A program made the position numbers and the translations under genes. DNA of 61,328 bases, taken from the NCBI GenBank assembly GCA_045636085.1, contig JAZTWU010000122.1:1-61328 (forward strand), given 5' to 3'. Source of the stretch: Eubacteriales bacterium (GTDB lineage: Bacteria > Bacillota > Clostridia > Oscillospirales > CAG-272). Shown here piece by piece: positions 24,864 to 33,906 of the stretch (position 1 is its first letter; each line of letters begins with the position of its first letter). The notes under the pieces were generated by a model. The model was given only the letters and a program-made list of their open reading frames with translations. It was not told the DNA's origin and did no database searches.

Positions 24864-26219
24864 ATGCGTGAAATTAAAGTGGATTTTGAAAATTCCGTCG
24901 GCCGCATCAAGGCGATGCACGCCGTTGGTCAGCCGCCCTTTTTCGGAATGGATTTTTCCTATTTTGAATACCTGCGCGCCGCGCACGTTCCGTATTCCCG
25001 TCTGCACGATGTCGGCGGTGCGTACGGAAGAAACGTTTTCGTTGATATCCCGAATATCTTCCGCGATTTCGATGCGGATGAGACCGATGCGGATTCTTAT
25101 GATTTCGCTTTCACGGATGCTTTGCTTTCCGCTCTGATGGAGAACGGCGTGAAGCCGTATTTTCGTCTTGGCGTCACGATCGAGAATTATGCCGATGTGC
25201 GTGCCTATCGCATCTATCCCCCGAAGGATTTCCACAAATGGGCGCGCGTGTGCGAGCATATCGTCCGCCATTATAACGAGGGCTGGGCAAACGGCTTCTT
25301 CCACGGCATTGAATACTGGGAGATCTGGAACGAGCCCGAGGGACACCCGAACGGTGACGGGCTTGCAATGTGGGTCGGCACGAGGGAGCAGTATTTCGAG
25401 CTTTATCGCATCACCGCCACGCACCTGAGAGAATGCTTCGGAAATTCGATCAAGATCGGCGGCTATGCCTCCTGCGGCTTTTCTGCTTTGCGCTATGAGA
25501 ATGCGCAAAGGGCGTTTTGCACGGGAAACACCGAAGGACTGACGGAGCGTGAGGAGATCGTATTGCACCGGCAGCTTTATTATCATGCCTTTCTTGAAAT
25601 GCTGAAGCAATACAGACCGCCGATGGATTTCTTTTCCTGGCATAGCTATGAAAGCGTGGAATTCAATCTCGTTCAGCAGGCCTATGTGGAAAAAACGCTG
25701 GCCGAGGCGGGATACGCGGATGCCGAGATCCATCTGAATGAATGGAATACGCATCATAGCTTCGCCTCCCGTGGCTCTGCCGAGGCTGCCGCGCACAGCG
25801 CCGCCGCACTATGCAGTATGCAGAAAACGAAAATGGAGATGATGTGCTTTTATGATGCGCGTCTCGGTATCTCCACCTATGCGGGCTTTTTCTCGCCCGA
25901 AACGCTTCACCCCTATCCGACATACGATGCGTTCCTTTGCTTCGGTGCGCTCTATGCGCTCGGTCGCGAGGCAGAGGTGACGGGGCTTGGGCGCGGGCTG
26001 TATGCCACCGCCGCCACGGACGAAAAGGATCGCGCCGTTCTTATCGTCAATACGGGTGCAAGAAAAACGGTCTGCTTGAATCTTTCCGGCAAATATGAGG
26101 CCTATATCTGCAAAAACGGAAAGCGCCTTGCACCTGCAAAAATCGATCCCGCATCCTTCGTCCTGAAGAAAAACGAGTTCGCGTTCTTTTCCACGAAGGC
26201 GCTTGAAATTCCCGAATAA
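24864..26219 (+). CDS. glycoside hydrolase, clan GH-A, GH39-like (paralogue 1 of 3)
   Basis: The ATG at 24864 follows AAGGAAAAG. Motifs PPKDFHKWARV, YWEIWNEPE (acid/base Glu) and EIHLNEWN (nucleophile Glu). No signal peptide. Confidence 0.7.
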   Translation: MREIKVDFENSVGRIKAMHAVGQPPFFGMDFSYFEYLRAAHVPYSRLHDVGGAYGRNVFVDIPNIFRDFDADETDADSYDFAFTDALLSALMENGVKPYFRLGVTIENYADVRAYRIYPPKDFHKWARVCEHIVRHYNEGWANGFFHGIEYWEIWNEPEGHPNGDGLAMWVGTREQYFELYRITATHLRECFGNSIKIGGYASCGFSALRYENAQRAFCTGNTEGLTEREEIVLHRQLYYHAFLEMLKQYRPPMDFFSWHSYESVEFNLVQQAYVEKTLAEAGYADAEIHLNEWNTHHSFASRGSAEAAAHSAAALCSMQKTKMEMMCFYDARLGISTYAGFFSPETLHPYPTYDAFLCFGALYALGREAEVTGLGRGLYATAATDEKDRAVLIVNTGARKTVCLNLSGKYEAYICKNGKRLAPAKIDPASFVLKKNEFAFFSTKALEIPE

Positions 26220-26243
26220 TTCCCAAAAGAAAAGGAGACAAAA

Positions 26244-27584
26244 ATGAAGAAGATCAGCGTTGATTTTGAAAATTCCGTCGGCCGCATCAAGGCGATGCAC
26301 GCCGTTGGTCAGCCGCCCTTCTTAGGAATGAATTTTGAAAAATTTTCTTATTTGAAGGCCGCCAATATTCCGTATTCCCGTCTGCACGATGTCGGCGGTG
26401 CGTATGGCAAGGGCGTTTTTGTGGATATTCCCAACCTCTTCCGCAATTTCGATGCGGACGAAAACGATCCCGCTTCCTATGACTTTGCCTTCACGGATGC
26501 TTTGCTCTCCGCCCTGATGGAGCACGGCGTGAAGCCCTTCTTCCGCCTTGGCGTCACGATCGAGAATTATAGAAATATCAAGGCCTACCGCATTTATCCG
26601 CCGAAGGATTTTGCGAAGTGGGCGCGCGTGTGTGAGCATATCATCCGCCATTATAACGAGGGCTGGGCAGACGGCTTTGCCTTCGGTATTGAATACTGGG
26701 AGATCTGGAACGAGCCTGATAGCGGCCCCGGCGAGGTGAGTGAAATGTGGTTCGGCACCCCCGAGCAGTATTTTGATCTTTATAAGATCACCGCCGCGCA
26801 TCTGAAAAAATGCTTCGGCGATAAAATCAAGGTCGGCGGATACGCCGCCTGCGGTCTCTATGCAATGCGCAACGGCGCCTTGGAGGCCGAGGATAAGGAA
26901 GGGCTTTCCTATCACGAAAAAAGAACGCTCCATTGGCATAAATTCTTCCATATGTTTATGGATATGCTGAAGAAGGATCGCCCGCCGATGGACTTCTTCT
27001 CTTACCATAGCTACGATACCGTGGAAAACACCCTCTTCTATCAGAGCTATATCGAGAAAAAGCTCGAGGAGGTTGGCTACGGCGCGGTGGAAATCCATAA
27101 CAACGAATGGAACACCCATCACGAGATAGAAACGGTCGGCACGGCCGCCGCGGCGGCGCATACGGCCGCAATGATGTGCGCCTTGCAGAAAACGAAGCTT
27201 CATATGCTGATGTATTACGATGCGCGCATCGGCGCATCTCTTTACGGCGGTATGTTTGATCCCCGATGGAGAAGACCCTTCTGCACCTATGATGCCTTCC
27301 TTGCCTTTGGTAAGCTCTATGCGCTCGGCACGGAGGTGAAGGTGGAGGGCCTCGGTGAGGGACTTTATGCCACCGCAGCAAGAGACGGCGAGAAAAAGGC
27401 GATCCTTCTTTCCAATATCGGAGAAGCGAAGGAGCTTTCCCTCGATCTTGAAGGCAAGTATTTCGCTTATGCCGTAACGGACGACACGAGAATGAAGCCC
27501 GTGAAAATCAATCCTGCCGCCTTCACGGTGGAGAAGGAGACCTTCGTTTTCCTCACGACCGAGGAAATTGAAATTCCGCAGTAA
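26244..27584 (+). CDS. glycoside hydrolase, clan GH-A, GH39-like (paralogue 2 of 3)
   Basis: Same motif set: YWEIWNEPD, EIHNNEWN. AAGGAGA RBS. Confidence 0.7.
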   Translation: MKKISVDFENSVGRIKAMHAVGQPPFLGMNFEKFSYLKAANIPYSRLHDVGGAYGKGVFVDIPNLFRNFDADENDPASYDFAFTDALLSALMEHGVKPFFRLGVTIENYRNIKAYRIYPPKDFAKWARVCEHIIRHYNEGWADGFAFGIEYWEIWNEPDSGPGEVSEMWFGTPEQYFDLYKITAAHLKKCFGDKIKVGGYAACGLYAMRNGALEAEDKEGLSYHEKRTLHWHKFFHMFMDMLKKDRPPMDFFSYHSYDTVENTLFYQSYIEKKLEEVGYGAVEIHNNEWNTHHEIETVGTAAAAAHTAAMMCALQKTKLHMLMYYDARIGASLYGGMFDPRWRRPFCTYDAFLAFGKLYALGTEVKVEGLGEGLYATAARDGEKKAILLSNIGEAKELSLDLEGKYFAYAVTDDTRMKPVKINPAAFTVEKETFVFLTTEEIEIPQ

Positions 27585-27601
27585 AATAAAAGGAGCGAGA
27601 A

Positions 27602-28954
27602 ATGCAGAAATTAACCGTTGATTTTTCGAAGGCGCTCGGCCGTATCAAGCCGATGCACGCCGTTGGCCAGCCGCCCTTTTACGGAATGTATTTCGATATG
27701 TTCCACTACCTTCAGGATGCGAATATTCCGTATTCCCGTCTGCACGATGTCGGCGGTGCGTACGGTAGATCCGTTTTCGTGGATATCCCGAACCTTTTCC
27801 GCAACTTTGATGCGGACGAAAACGACGAAGCGTCCTATGATTTCGCCTTTACGGACGTGCTTCTTTCGGAGCTTATGAAGGTGGGCGTGAAGCCCTATTT
27901 CCGCCTCGGCGTCACGATTGAAAACTATCCTCATATCCGCGCATACCGCATCTATCCGCCGAAGGATTTTGCGAAGTGGGCGCGCGTGTGTGAGCATATC
28001 ATCCGCCATTATAACGAGGGGTGGGCAAATGGCTTCTTCCACGGCATTGAATATTGGGAGATCTGGAATGAGCCCGATAGCAAGACCGAGCGCGGCTCGA
28101 TGATGTGGCTTGGAACGGAGCAGGAATATTTCGATCTCTATTCCGTCACAGCTAAGCATCTGAAGAAGTGCTTTGGCGATTCGATCAAGATCGGCGGCTT
28201 TGCCTCCTGCGGCTTCTATGCCGTCACCGATCCCGAAATCCTCGCGGCAGAGAAAAACGGCACGGTGGAGGATCTCTCCGAGGCAAAGAAAAACCTCATC
28301 TATTTCAAGGAGTATTTCGAGCGCTTCCTCACTTTTATCAAGGCGGAAAATGCCCCGATCGATTTCTTCTCCTGGCATAGCTATGATCCCGTGGGAAACA
28401 CGCTGATCCATCAGGCCTATGTGGAAAAAACGCTTGAGAATATGGGCTACGGGGATATTGAGATCCATCTGAACGAGTGGAATACGCACCATACCGTCAA
28501 CGAGATGGGAACGGCCGCGGCCGCCGCATCCTCTGCCGCTATGATGTGCGGAATGCAGAATACGAAAATGGCGATGATGAATTTCTATGATGCAAGAATC
28601 GGCCTTTCCAATTATTGCGGTCTCTTTGATCCCAGATGGAGAAAGCCCTTCGGTACATACGATGCGTTTTCCGCCTTCGGCAAGCTCTATGCGCTTGGCA
28701 CAGAGGTGAAGGTGGATGGCCTCGGTGAGGGACTTTATGCCACAGCCGCAAAGGATGGCGAGAAAAAGGCGATCCTTCTTTCCAATATCGGAGAAGCAAA
28801 GGAGATCTCTCTTGCTCTCGATGGAAAATATTATGCCTATGCCGTAACGGATGATACGAGAATGAAGAACGTGAAAATTGATCCTGCCGCCTTCGTGATG
28901 GAGAAGGATACCATCGTGTTTTTCAGCACCGAGGCTGTGGAAATCGCCGAATAA
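27602..28954 (+). CDS. glycoside hydrolase, clan GH-A, GH39-like (paralogue 3 of 3)
   Basis: Same motif set: YWEIWNEPD, EIHLNEWN. AAGGAG RBS. Confidence 0.7.
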   Translation: MQKLTVDFSKALGRIKPMHAVGQPPFYGMYFDMFHYLQDANIPYSRLHDVGGAYGRSVFVDIPNLFRNFDADENDEASYDFAFTDVLLSELMKVGVKPYFRLGVTIENYPHIRAYRIYPPKDFAKWARVCEHIIRHYNEGWANGFFHGIEYWEIWNEPDSKTERGSMMWLGTEQEYFDLYSVTAKHLKKCFGDSIKIGGFASCGFYAVTDPEILAAEKNGTVEDLSEAKKNLIYFKEYFERFLTFIKAENAPIDFFSWHSYDPVGNTLIHQAYVEKTLENMGYGDIEIHLNEWNTHHTVNEMGTAAAAASSAAMMCGMQNTKMAMMNFYDARIGLSNYCGLFDPRWRKPFGTYDAFSAFGKLYALGTEVKVDGLGEGLYATAAKDGEKKAILLSNIGEAKEISLALDGKYYAYAVTDDTRMKNVKIDPAAFVMEKDTIVFFSTEAVEIAE

Positions 28955-28960
28955 AGAAAA

Positions 28961-28989
28961 AGCACCGTTTGAAAAAACGGTGCTTTTTG
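28961..28989. terminator. bidirectional intrinsic terminator
   Basis: AGCACCGTT-tgaaaa-AACGGTGCT followed by TTTT, with an A-run upstream. Lies between convergent genes. Confidence 0.75.
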
Positions 28990-29011
28990 TAAATAATTAT
29001 TATCGAAATGG

Positions 29012-29950
29012 TTATTTTTCAGATTCGCTTATCAAAAGTGACAGCGCTTTTTCGAAATTTTCGGGGAGCGGACATTCGAAGCAAACGCGCTCTCCCGTTG
29101 TCGGATGCAGAAAGGAAAGCTTTCTTGCGTGCAGAGCTTGCCCGTCAAAAAGCTTCGGATGCGCCTTTTCGAATCGGCTCCTTCCGCCGCCGTAGACCTC
29201 GTCGCCGAGCAACGGATGCCCAAGAGATGCCATATGCACGCGGATCTGATGGGTGCGCCCCGTTTCAAGCCGGAGCTTGAGATAGGAGACCTCGCCGTAG
29301 TGCCCAAGCACCTCATAGTGCGTCACGGCATCCTTTGCGCCGCTTGCGCCCTCGGGGAGGATTGCCATTTTCTTTCTGTCCACGGGATGGCGCCCGATCC
29401 ATTTTTTCACGGTGCCGCTTTCCTCGCGAAAGCCGCCGTATGCCAGCGCGTGATATTCGCGCACGATGCGATGCCCCTCCAGCTGCTCGGAAAGGGCGCG
29501 ATGCGCAAGGTCGTTTTTCGCAACCACGAGCAGGCCGCTCGTATCCTTATCGATGCGGTGCACGATGCCGGGGCGGATCTCGCCGCCGATGCCCGAAAGC
29601 TCGCTTCCGCAATGGTGGAGCAGGGCGTTGACGAGCGTTCCCTCGTAATTTCCCGGTGCAGGATGCACCACCATTCCCGAGGGCTTATTGATCACAACGA
29701 TGTCCTTATCTTCAAAAACGATATCCAAGGGAATGTTCTCGGGCTTTGCTTCCGTGGGCGCCGGCTCGGGGATCGAAAGCTCGATCGTGTCTCCCGCCGA
29801 AACGGCAAACTTCTTGCCCTGTGCCCTTCCGTTCACGGTGACGGAGCCCTCCTCACAAAGCCTCGCGGCCGCACTGCGGGAAAGCTCGGAATGCGCTTGA
29901 AGAAAGCTGTCAAGCCGCGTGCCCTCCCCATCCTTGACGGTGAAGATCAT
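29012..29950 (-). CDS. rluD: 23S rRNA pseudouridine synthase RluD
   Basis: S4 domain followed by HRIDKDTSGLLVVAKN and GRTHQIRVH. Start MIFTVKDGEG at 29948-29950. Confidence 0.85.
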   Translation of the reverse strand: MIFTVKDGEGTRLDSFLQAHSELSRSAAARLCEEGSVTVNGRAQGKKFAVSAGDTIELSIPEPAPTEAKPENIPLDIVFEDKDIVVINKPSGMVVHPAPGNYEGTLVNALLHHCGSELSGIGGEIRPGIVHRIDKDTSGLLVVAKNDLAHRALSEQLEGHRIVREYHALAYGGFREESGTVKKWIGRHPVDRKKMAILPEGASGAKDAVTHYEVLGHYGEVSYLKLRLETGRTHQIRVHMASLGHPLLGDEVYGGGRSRFEKAHPKLFDGQALHARKLSFLHPTTGERVCFECPLPENFEKALSLLISESEK

Positions 29951-29951
29951 A

Positions 29952-30446
29952 TTATTTCTTTTCCTTGCCTTCCTTGATGATATCGCGCACGAGTGCAAGC
30001 ACCAAAAGCCCCGCACCAACGCAAACAAAGGAATCCGCGCCGTTGAAGATGGCAAAGTTGATCAGTCGGAAATCGATGAAATCAACGACGTAGCCGAGGC
30101 CGATGCGGTCGATCATATTGCCGATGCCGCCCGAAATGATCATTGCAAGCGAAATGCCCGCCAGCCTTCCCTCGGAAAGCCCTGCGAAAAGATAGAAGGC
30201 CATTCCAAGGATCGCAACGGTGGAAACGATGAGGAAAACCCAGCGATTGTTTGCCAGCATACCAAAGGCCGCCCCGCGGTTTTCCGCATAGGTCAGATGC
30301 AAAACGCCCTCGAAAAGCGGGCAGGTATCGATCGGCATAAGAAAGCGAACGGCCAAAAGCTTCGTGACCTGATCGATCACGATACCGCCGAGCGTGATGC
30401 CGAGATAGAGAAGGTATTCAAAACGCGAAAGAATTCGAAGCTTCAT
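29952..30446 (-). CDS. lspA: lipoprotein signal peptidase II
   Basis: ENRGAAFG and FNGADSFV motifs. Start MKLRILSRFEY at 30444-30446. Confidence 0.85.
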   Translation of the reverse strand: MKLRILSRFEYLLYLGITLGGIVIDQVTKLLAVRFLMPIDTCPLFEGVLHLTYAENRGAAFGMLANNRWVFLIVSTVAILGMAFYLFAGLSEGRLAGISLAMIISGGIGNMIDRIGLGYVVDFIDFRLINFAIFNGADSFVCVGAGLLVLALVRDIIKEGKEKK

Positions 30447-30522
30447 TTTTTCTTTCCTTAAATAAGAATAAAAAACGGTCGGAGCAAGCAGAGAGCGCAC
30501 GGCCGTTTTTTGTTTTTTTGAC

Positions 30523-30798
30523 CTACACCACGGGCAAAAAGAGCTGAAGAATATAGATCAGGATGTAGGTAAGAGAGAAGGCCCAGTCAATCGGAGAATC
30601 CTGTCCTATGCCGAGTCGATAAAGAACGGCGCGCACGGGAATGATGAATGGCTCCGTCACCACCGTCGTGAAAATACTGACGCGGCTGTCCTGAAAGGCA
30701 GGGAAGAAAGAGATCACCATTCGCACGAGCATGCAAAAGGAAACTGCTGATAAAAGAATGGACACGCATTTTGCGAAAATGAAAAGTATGGTTGTCAA
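30523..30798 (-). CDS. yggT: YggT family membrane protein
   Basis: 91 aa with two or three TM segments. TTG start with AAGAGGTG RBS. Conserved position after sepF. Confidence 0.7.
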   Translation of the reverse strand: MTTILFIFAKCVSILLSAVSFCMLVRMVISFFPAFQDSRVSIFTTVVTEPFIIPVRAVLYRLGIGQDSPIDWAFSLTYILIYILQLFLPVV

Positions 30799-30822
30799 AA
30801 CGCACCTCTTATGCCGAAAGCA

Positions 30823-31224
30823 TTAAAGAAGATCGTCTCCCGTCACGTCCACGTTGTGAGGGGTGATGATATAGGTTCCTGCGGCCACCTGCTTGATATC
30901 TCCGCCGGTGGAATAGGTAACGCCGTTGAGGAAATCCAGCATACGAAGCGTGGTCGGCGCATCAAAAAGTTCGAGATTCAGGATCACGGTGCAGCCCTCG
31001 AGAAGATAGTCCGCAATGTCGCTGACCTCTGCGAAGGATTCGGGATGAACCACCTTGAGCTCAATATTGCTGTCCTTGCTTCCGGGCGCACTGCGAATGG
31101 CCTTGGGCTCCTCGGGTGCGGGCTTCGGCTGGGGCGCGGCGGTGCTCTCCTCGAAATTCTTGAAGGAGATCTCCTCCTGCGCTCTGGTCTTTTCCTTGAG
31201 TCGATCGGTTAATTTCTGAAACAT
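30823..31224 (-). CDS. sepF: cell division protein SepF
   Basis: C-terminal core VILNLELFDAPTTLRMLDFLNGVTYSTGGDIKQVAAGTYIITP. Confidence 0.85.
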   Translation of the reverse strand: MFQKLTDRLKEKTRAQEEISFKNFEESTAAPQPKPAPEEPKAIRSAPGSKDSNIELKVVHPESFAEVSDIADYLLEGCTVILNLELFDAPTTLRMLDFLNGVTYSTGGDIKQVAAGTYIITPHNVDVTGDDLL

Positions 31225-31236
31225 TTTCTTTCTCCT

Positions 31237-31941
31237 TTATTTTTTAAAGAGTCGCCGTCCGACGCGCACGAGGGTTGCCCCCTCTTCAATCGCGGTGAGA
31301 TAGCTGTCGCTCATTCCCATAGAGAGAACGGGCGATTCCGTCTCGTATCCGCCACGCGCGGCAATCGCGTCAAAAATTTTCTTGGTTTCCTTGAAATAGG
31401 GGCGATATTCCTCGCTTGTTTCAAGATTGGGCCCCATCGTCATAACGCCGACGAGAGAGATCCCCTCGTAGTCCTTAAGCTTTTCGAAAAACGCAAGCGC
31501 GTCCTCGGGGAGGATTCCGCCCTTGTTTTCTTCTCTTCCGCTGTTGATCTCCATCAGCACGGGAATTTTTCTTCCGAGCTTTTTTGCCTGCTTATCGATC
31601 TCCTTGGCAAGGGAGAGCGAATCGAGCGAATGGATCAGAGCGCACTTATCCGCGATCAGCTTCACCTTGTTGGTTTGCAGATTACCGATCTCGTGCATCA
31701 CGGTGCTGTATCCGTTTTCCAAAAGGAGCGTCTTTCTTCTTGCGGCCTCCTGCGGGCGGTTTTCGCCCATATCGGTGGCACCGAAGTGCGCCAGAGCCAA
31801 AAGCTCCTCGTCGCTTCCGCTTTTCGTCACGCAAACCAGCGTCACGGGCGGGCGGCCGAGTCTCGCGGTGAGCGCATCGATCTCCGCTCTCAGCTCGCGG
31901 TAATTCTTTTCAATATAGCGGAAATTCTCCGAATTTTGCAT
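31237..31941 (-). CDS. yggS: YggS family pyridoxal-phosphate homeostasis protein
   Basis: Alanine-racemase N-terminal-like fold: LVCVTKSGS, HEIGNLQTNK, SMGMSDSY. The ATG at 31939-31941 follows ACGAGGA; the track begins at an upstream TTG. Confidence 0.8.
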   Translation of the reverse strand: MQNSENFRYIEKNYRELRAEIDALTARLGRPPVTLVCVTKSGSDEELLALAHFGATDMGENRPQEAARRKTLLLENGYSTVMHEIGNLQTNKVKLIADKCALIHSLDSLSLAKEIDKQAKKLGRKIPVLMEINSGREENKGGILPEDALAFFEKLKDYEGISLVGVMTMGPNLETSEEYRPYFKETKKIFDAIAARGGYETESPVLSMGMSDSYLTAIEEGATLVRVGRRLFKK

Positions 31942-32160
31942 AGTATCCTCGTTTGCATTGGCAAAATTGCGCGGCAAATTTTCGCCGCGGTGCTCTCTTT
32001 CTTATAATTATAGCATATCCTTGCCGCCAAAAGCAAGACCTATGCTAAAATATTTTTTTCAATATAAAAATAATTCTATGCGTAAGACCTTGATTTTACA
32101 CGCGGAATATGGTATAATCATACGAGTGAAAAAACCTTCGAAAAAAGGGAGACTTTAGGG

Positions 32161-32568
32161 ATGCAGGAGAGGATCATCGGTGCAAATCTGCCTTCGGGTG
32201 CGGCGCTGGCCTATCTCGGAGACGCTTGGTATTCTCTTTTCGTCAGGCGGCGCTTGATCGAATCGGGAATCGAAAAGGCGAAGGATCTGAATGCCGCCGC
32301 CCTCGCCTTCGTCACGGCGGGGAAGCAGGCGCAGAGAATGCGCAGGATCCTGCCTCTTCTCACCGAGGAGGAGGAGGGCGTTTTCCGCCGCGCGGCGAAT
32401 GCCTCACATCCGCACCGTCCCAAGGGTGCCACGGCGGCAGACTATCGGTATGCCACGGGCTTTGAGGCTCTCGTTGGTATGCTTTGCTTTTTGAAGAAGG
32501 AAGAGCGACTTCTTTATTTGATGGAGGAGGCGCATAAGGAGGAGAAAGAAAATGATTCAGAAGATTAA
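32161..32568 (+). CDS. mrnC: mini-ribonuclease III
   Basis: LAYLGDAWYSLFVRRRL and YRYATGFEALVG motifs, 135 aa. Confidence 0.8.
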   Translation: MQERIIGANLPSGAALAYLGDAWYSLFVRRRLIESGIEKAKDLNAAALAFVTAGKQAQRMRRILPLLTEEEEGVFRRAANASHPHRPKGATAADYRYATGFEALVGMLCFLKKEERLLYLMEEAHKEEKENDSED

Positions 32569-33796
32569 AGGAACGATGGATATTTTCCCTGAGGAGACCG
32601 TCCTTTTCCGTCATATCGAGAAGGTAATGCGCGAGGAGGCCGAGCGCTATGGCTTCGGCGAGATCCGCACGCCCACCTTTGAGAATACCGAGCTTTTTGT
32701 ACGTGGCGTCGGTGATACAACGGATGTCGTGCAAAAGGAAATGTATACCTTCGCGGATAGAGACGAGAATCGCTCGATCTCTCTGCGCCCTGAGGGAACG
32801 GCCTCGGTTGCCCGCGCGCTGATCGAAAACGGTCGGTATAGCGAAACGATGCCCCTCAAGTATTATTATATCATCTCCTGCTTCCGACACGAAAAGCCTC
32901 AGGCAGGCAGAAGCCGCGAGTTCTTCCAGTTCGGAACGGAAATGTTCGGCTCGGATCATCCCGCATCGGATGCAACCGCGATTGCGCTTGCGGCCTCGGT
33001 GCTCCGCCGCCTTGGTCTGAAGAATGTGAAGCTTCATATCAATTCGATCGGATGCCCCACCTGCCGCCCCGATTATCGCGCGGCACTCGTGAATTATTTT
33101 GAGGGACATAAGGGTGAGCTTTGCGATACCTGCAAGGAGCGCCTTCTGAAAAATCCCCTTCGCCTTCTCGACTGCAAGAATCCCCCCTGCGCCGCTCTTG
33201 CCAAGGGCGCACCGCGCACCGTGGATCACCTTTGCGGCGATTGCGAGAATAAGTTCAAGCTTCTCACCGAGATGCTGGATAAAATGGGCGTGCCGTATGA
33301 GATCGATTCCGCCATCGTCAGAGGCCTCGATTATTATACGGGCACCGTATTTGAGTTTATTGCCGAGGGCATCGGCGCGCAGTCCACGGTTTGCGGCGGT
33401 GGCCGCTATAACGGGCTCGTGGAGTCCATCGGCGGTCCCTCTCTTCCCGGCATCGGCTTCGGTATGGGAATCACGCGCGTGATCCTCGCAATGAAGGAGC
33501 AGGGGCTGGATAAGGAAATTTTGGCGCCCTCGCCCCGTCTTTATATCGCCGCTCTCGGCGAGGCGGCCGCTGTGACGGCAATGGCCATCACGGAAAGACT
33601 TCGTCAAAACGGCGTTTTTTGCGAGTGTGACGTTGTCGGCAGAAGCCTGAAGGCGCAGATGAAGTATGCCAATAAGATCGGCGCGGCTTATACGCTGATT
33701 CTCGGAGATAGCGAGATCGAATGCGGAAAAGCTCAGCTCCGCAATATGGGAGACGGAACGCAGACCGAGGTCGAGCTCGATTCGTTCACCATCTAA
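32552..33796 (+). CDS. hisS: histidine--tRNA ligase
   Basis: Class II motif CFRHEKPQAGRSREFFQFG, plus RGLDYYTG and GGGRY. Confidence 0.95.
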   Translation: MIQKIKGTMDIFPEETVLFRHIEKVMREEAERYGFGEIRTPTFENTELFVRGVGDTTDVVQKEMYTFADRDENRSISLRPEGTASVARALIENGRYSETMPLKYYYIISCFRHEKPQAGRSREFFQFGTEMFGSDHPASDATAIALAASVLRRLGLKNVKLHINSIGCPTCRPDYRAALVNYFEGHKGELCDTCKERLLKNPLRLLDCKNPPCAALAKGAPRTVDHLCGDCENKFKLLTEMLDKMGVPYEIDSAIVRGLDYYTGTVFEFIAEGIGAQSTVCGGGRYNGLVESIGGPSLPGIGFGMGITRVILAMKEQGLDKEILAPSPRLYIAALGEAAAVTAMAITERLRQNGVFCECDVVGRSLKAQMKYANKIGAAYTLILGDSEIECGKAQLRNMGDGTQTEVELDSFTI

Positions 33797-33906
33797 AAGA
33801 AAACTATTGTTTGCAAAAACGGCAAAAACCGCCCGAGGATTCTTCTTTCGGACGGTTTTTGTCCACAATAAAGAAAATAAAGAAAAAAGAAAGGGAAAGG
33901 CGATAT

